From assembly GCA_031425655.1 (NCBI GenBank), contig JANPJS010000111.1, forward strand, positions 1 through 23,404: a stretch of 23,404 nucleotides of DNA. The letters run 5' to 3'. The translations under genes and the position numbers were made by a program. Every line of letters starts with the position of its first letter. The stretch's first letter is position 1. Under the pieces are notes generated by a model. It was not told the DNA's origin, ran no database searches, and was given only the letters and a program-made list of their open reading frames with translations. Source of the stretch: Abditibacteriaceae bacterium (GTDB lineage: Bacteria > Armatimonadota > Abditibacteriia > Abditibacteriales > Abditibacteriaceae). Below, one piece after another: positions 20,516-23,404 of the stretch.

Positions 20516-22459
20516 ATGAAACACACTCTCCCAATCCTCACCGCCTTGCTGCTCACGCCGCTCATCGCCTCTGCCCAAGCCAAACCCAACGTCGTTTACA
20601 TCATGGCCGACGATGTCGGCTGGGGCGACTTGAGCGTCCATGGCGGCGGTGTGCCCACGCCAAACCTGGACCGACTCTTCAAGCAGGGGGTCGAGCTGAC
20701 GCAGTTCATGGGCTGGGCCGTCTGTTCGCCCACGCGCGCGATGTTGCTTACTGGGCGGCATCCGATCCGCGTGGGCACCGCCCCGGAAGTCGGTGGCGAA
20801 CTGGCGCTGGAGGAAACAACCATCGCCGAGGGCTTCAAGGCGAACGACTATCGCACCGGCGTCTTTGGCAAATGGCACAACGGCGATGACCCGAACACGC
20901 CGGAATTCCAGGCCGCGTTCAAAGAAGCCTTCAAGGACATGCCCAACAAAAAACATTCGGGCGGTCATGGCGCAAACGCGCACGGCTTCGATGAGGCGTG
21001 GGTTTATTACGGAGGCGGCGGCGACCAATTTACGCGCCGCACCGTGCAGGGCCGTGGGCCGGTTTCGTGGTGGCACAACCGCGAATACCGTCCGCAGGAT
21101 GAAGGCTACACCGATGACCTGCTCACGCAACGCGCCGTCGAGTTCATCCGCGACAACAAGCAGCGCCCGTTCTTTTGCTACGTCCCATTTCAAATCGCCC
21201 ACGCGCCGTTGCAGGCCAAGCCGGACGACTTGGCGGCGATTGACCCGCAGCAGGCCGCGAAATTTCCCGCCGCCAGTAGCAAGGCAAGCGCCGAGGAAAA
21301 GCACATCCACGCCGCGATGTTGCGCGCGCTCGATAGGAACGTCGGCGGCATCGTCGCCGAACTCGAAAAACTCGGCCTGAGCGACAACACGGTTCTCGTT
21401 TTCACCAGCGACAACGGCGCGATGCAAGCCGGCAGCAGCCTGCCGCTACGCGGGCACAAGCACACCCTCTACGACGGCGGCGTGCGCCTGCCGACGGCGA
21501 TTCATTGGCCCAAAGGCGGGCTGGTGGGCGGAAAAAAGTGGGACGGCCTCTGCGGCGCGCTCGACATGTTCCCCACGCTCATGGCGATGACCGGCGGGGC
21601 GATGCCCCAGACACGCCCACTCGACGGGAAAAACATCTGGCCCGCGCTGCGCGACAACCAACCCAGCCCTGTCGAAAGCTATTACTGGGTCTGGCACGGG
21701 CAGGATGCGCTCCGCACGGACAAGTGGAAACTTCACCGGTTCTTCGACCGCTTCGAGCTTTACGACATCAAGAAGGACGAGACCGAATCCAACAACGTCG
21801 CCGCTGCACACGCCGACGTGGTGAAATCACTCACCGCCCAGATGGACGCGTGGGCCGGCTCACTTGGCGTCGCGCTCAGCCACCGACCCGCGCCGGCCAA
21901 GTATCATGCCCCCGCCGCCCCGGAGGGCGAAATTCTCGCCGTCACCATGACCGTCACCGACGAAGCCAAACCCGGCGACCGCCTCGCCATTTCCGTCGCC
22001 AACTGGAGCGGCACGCAATACGCCACCGATTGGATCGAATTCGACATCGCCTTCTCGCCCGGCACGCCTGCGCGCCGTCCGTGGTTTTCGACGCTCGAAG
22101 GCAACAACTCCAAGCCCTTCGGCCCGCTCTTCAAACGCGGCGACGGCGTGGACCAGTTCGGTCGCGATCAGACCACCGGCCCCGGCATTGCCGACGGCCA
22201 GAGCGTCTGGGAACACCGCATCATCGGCCTGTCCAGCACCGCGCCCGGCCCGCTCGGCAAACCCGGCGTCGTCTTCACCGGCGGCAAACCCGGCGCCTGC
22301 ACCATCTACCTCGACAACCTTCGCATCCGCCACGCCGACGGCACCACCACGCCGCTCTGGACCAGCGGCAAGGACACTCGCGCCGGTAAATTCACAGCCA
22401 ACGAGAAGTTCAAAGACCTCCAAATCCGCGTCGTGAATGTCTCGCAAGCGGGCAAGTGA
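20516..22459 (+). CDS. Secreted arylsulfatase-like S1 sulfatase with a C-terminal beta-rich extension
   Basis: Motifs KPNVVYIMADDVGWGD, CSPTRAMLLTGR, GKWHNG, FTSDNG, LYDGGVRLP and ELYDI, followed by about 170 extra C-terminal residues. Confidence 0.92.
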   Translation: MKHTLPILTALLLTPLIASAQAKPNVVYIMADDVGWGDLSVHGGGVPTPNLDRLFKQGVELTQFMGWAVCSPTRAMLLTGRHPIRVGTAPEVGGELALEETTIAEGFKANDYRTGVFGKWHNGDDPNTPEFQAAFKEAFKDMPNKKHSGGHGANAHGFDEAWVYYGGGGDQFTRRTVQGRGPVSWWHNREYRPQDEGYTDDLLTQRAVEFIRDNKQRPFFCYVPFQIAHAPLQAKPDDLAAIDPQQAAKFPAASSKASAEEKHIHAAMLRALDRNVGGIVAELEKLGLSDNTVLVFTSDNGAMQAGSSLPLRGHKHTLYDGGVRLPTAIHWPKGGLVGGKKWDGLCGALDMFPTLMAMTGGAMPQTRPLDGKNIWPALRDNQPSPVESYYWVWHGQDALRTDKWKLHRFFDRFELYDIKKDETESNNVAAAHADVVKSLTAQMDAWAGSLGVALSHRPAPAKYHAPAAPEGEILAVTMTVTDEAKPGDRLAISVANWSGTQYATDWIEFDIAFSPGTPARRPWFSTLEGNNSKPFGPLFKRGDGVDQFGRDQTTGPGIADGQSVWEHRIIGLSSTAPGPLGKPGVVFTGGKPGACTIYLDNLRIRHADGTTTPLWTSGKDTRAGKFTANEKFKDLQIRVVNVSQAGK

Positions 22460-22537
22460 ATGGACAACCAAGTTGCCGCGAGATTTAGTCCGTGGAAAGC
22501 TATGCGCCATGGATATCCAGCCTTAGAAAGTCGCTGA

Positions 22538-22666
22538 ATGAAACACCTTGTCACCATCCTTTGCGCTCTCAGCGCCCTCTGCGGTTCATCTCTCGCCGCT
22601 GACAAAACACCACTCATGCTGCCGCGCCAGCCGGACGGTCATGGCACAGCGACGGTGAGCGGTGAG
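22538..22666 (+). pseudogene. Orphan gene head (signal peptide plus RQPDGHGTATVSGE), probably of a DUF5060-type protein
   Basis: Similar to 3062-3103 (RQPDGKGLVAITGE). The reading becomes nonsensical after GE and stops at 22723. Confidence 0.65.
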
Positions 22667-22670
22667 TTTG

Positions 22671-22769
22671 GCCTCGGACGAGAGCGTAGGAATGGTCGTG
22701 AGGGCGCTGGAGAAATCGGGTAAACTGGCCAACACGCTCATCCTGTGTTCGAGCGACAACGGTGGCCCG
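22671..22769 (+). pseudogene. Internal sulfatase fragment
   Basis: ASDESVGMVVRALEKSGKLANTLILCSSDNGGP, homologous to 'ALDRNVGGIVAELEKLGLSDNTVLVFTSDNG' of the 20516 gene. Confidence 0.8.
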
Positions 22770-22896
22770 ACGACAGGCAACAAACTCACCCGGAGTGAGT
22801 CTCATGCAATAGCAGTTCCTGTGAACCGCGCAGCGTGCAGAAAGCAATTTCAGCTATCCGGAGACTATCTTCTCGAATCCAACTCAACGATCCCTT

Positions 22897-23404
22897 ATGA
22901 AATTCATCATCTGCCTCTTCCTTTGTCTTCTTGCCACCTCGCTATTCGCCCAACGTGACTATCCACCCACCGTCAAGGACGCCCGCGTCGAGATTTACCG
23001 AAAGGTCGGCTCCACGCAACTGAAGCTGTGGATCTTTGGGGAATCGGATCCCAAGGTGTCGAAGCCCGCGATTGTGTTCTTCCACGGCGGTGGTTGGAAT
23101 GCAGGAACACCGGAGCAATTCGCGGCTCATGCACGATATTTTGCCAAGCGTGGCATGATCGCCATGACCGCTGAGTATCGTGTGAAATCCCGCCATGGTG
23201 TTTTAGCGGTGGAATGCGTGAAAGACGCCAAGGCGACCATCGCCTGGGTCCGGGAAAATGCCAAGCGTCTCGGCATTGATCCGAACAAGATTGCCGCATC
23301 TGGAGGCTCCGCCGGTGGTCACCTCGCAGCCTGCACTGGCACAATCACTGGTTTTGGCAGCGACGAACGACCGAACGCCATGATCCTTTTCAACGCCGCC
23401 ACCA
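22897..23404 (+). CDS. Secreted alpha/beta hydrolase (HSL/BD-FAE-like carbohydrate esterase), truncated by the window edge
   Basis: Manual translation, absent from the ORF track: MKFIICLFLCLLATSLFAQ...PAIVFFHGGGW...EYRV...LGIDPNKIAASGGSAGGHLA. Confidence 0.88.
   Translation, partial: MKFIICLFLCLLATSLFAQRDYPPTVKDARVEIYRKVGSTQLKLWIFGESDPKVSKPAIVFFHGGGWNAGTPEQFAAHARYFAKRGMIAMTAEYRVKSRHGVLAVECVKDAKATIAWVRENAKRLGIDPNKIAASGGSAGGHLAACTGTITGFGSDERPNAMILFNAAT

Noticed and set aside
22784..22800. actcac-N5-gtgagt palindrome, and small hairpins at 17720-17800
   Set aside because: Stems of 5-6 bp are expected by chance and do not recur elsewhere in the window.

Overview
GC-rich bacterial DNA, most likely from the PVC superphylum (Verrucomicrobiota or Planctomycetota). 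All credible genes lie on the + strand and nearly all encode exported proteins. The window holds a glycan/sulfate-ester-degradation-type array: two sulfatases, two alpha/beta hydrolases, an FAD oxidoreductase, a GH29-like protein, an unclassified putative glycoside hydrolase and an SGNH-type protein. A four-gene PVC-typical cluster (cytochrome-c/WD40, DUF1501, PPC-domain, DUF1549/DUF1553) interrupts it. No integrase, transposase, RNA gene or CRISPR array is visible. The most unusual signal lies between the genes. Many intergenic spaces consist of short orphan 5' 'heads' (start codon, signal peptide and a few residues) and 3' 'tails' of other genes spliced together. One gene is bracketed by a nested A-B...B'-A' pair of gene-junction repeats, and two homologous heads are cut at the same codon. 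This suggests an array of secreted-enzyme genes that turns over by short-homology recombination near gene ends. Family names come from motif recognition by eye, not from database searches.
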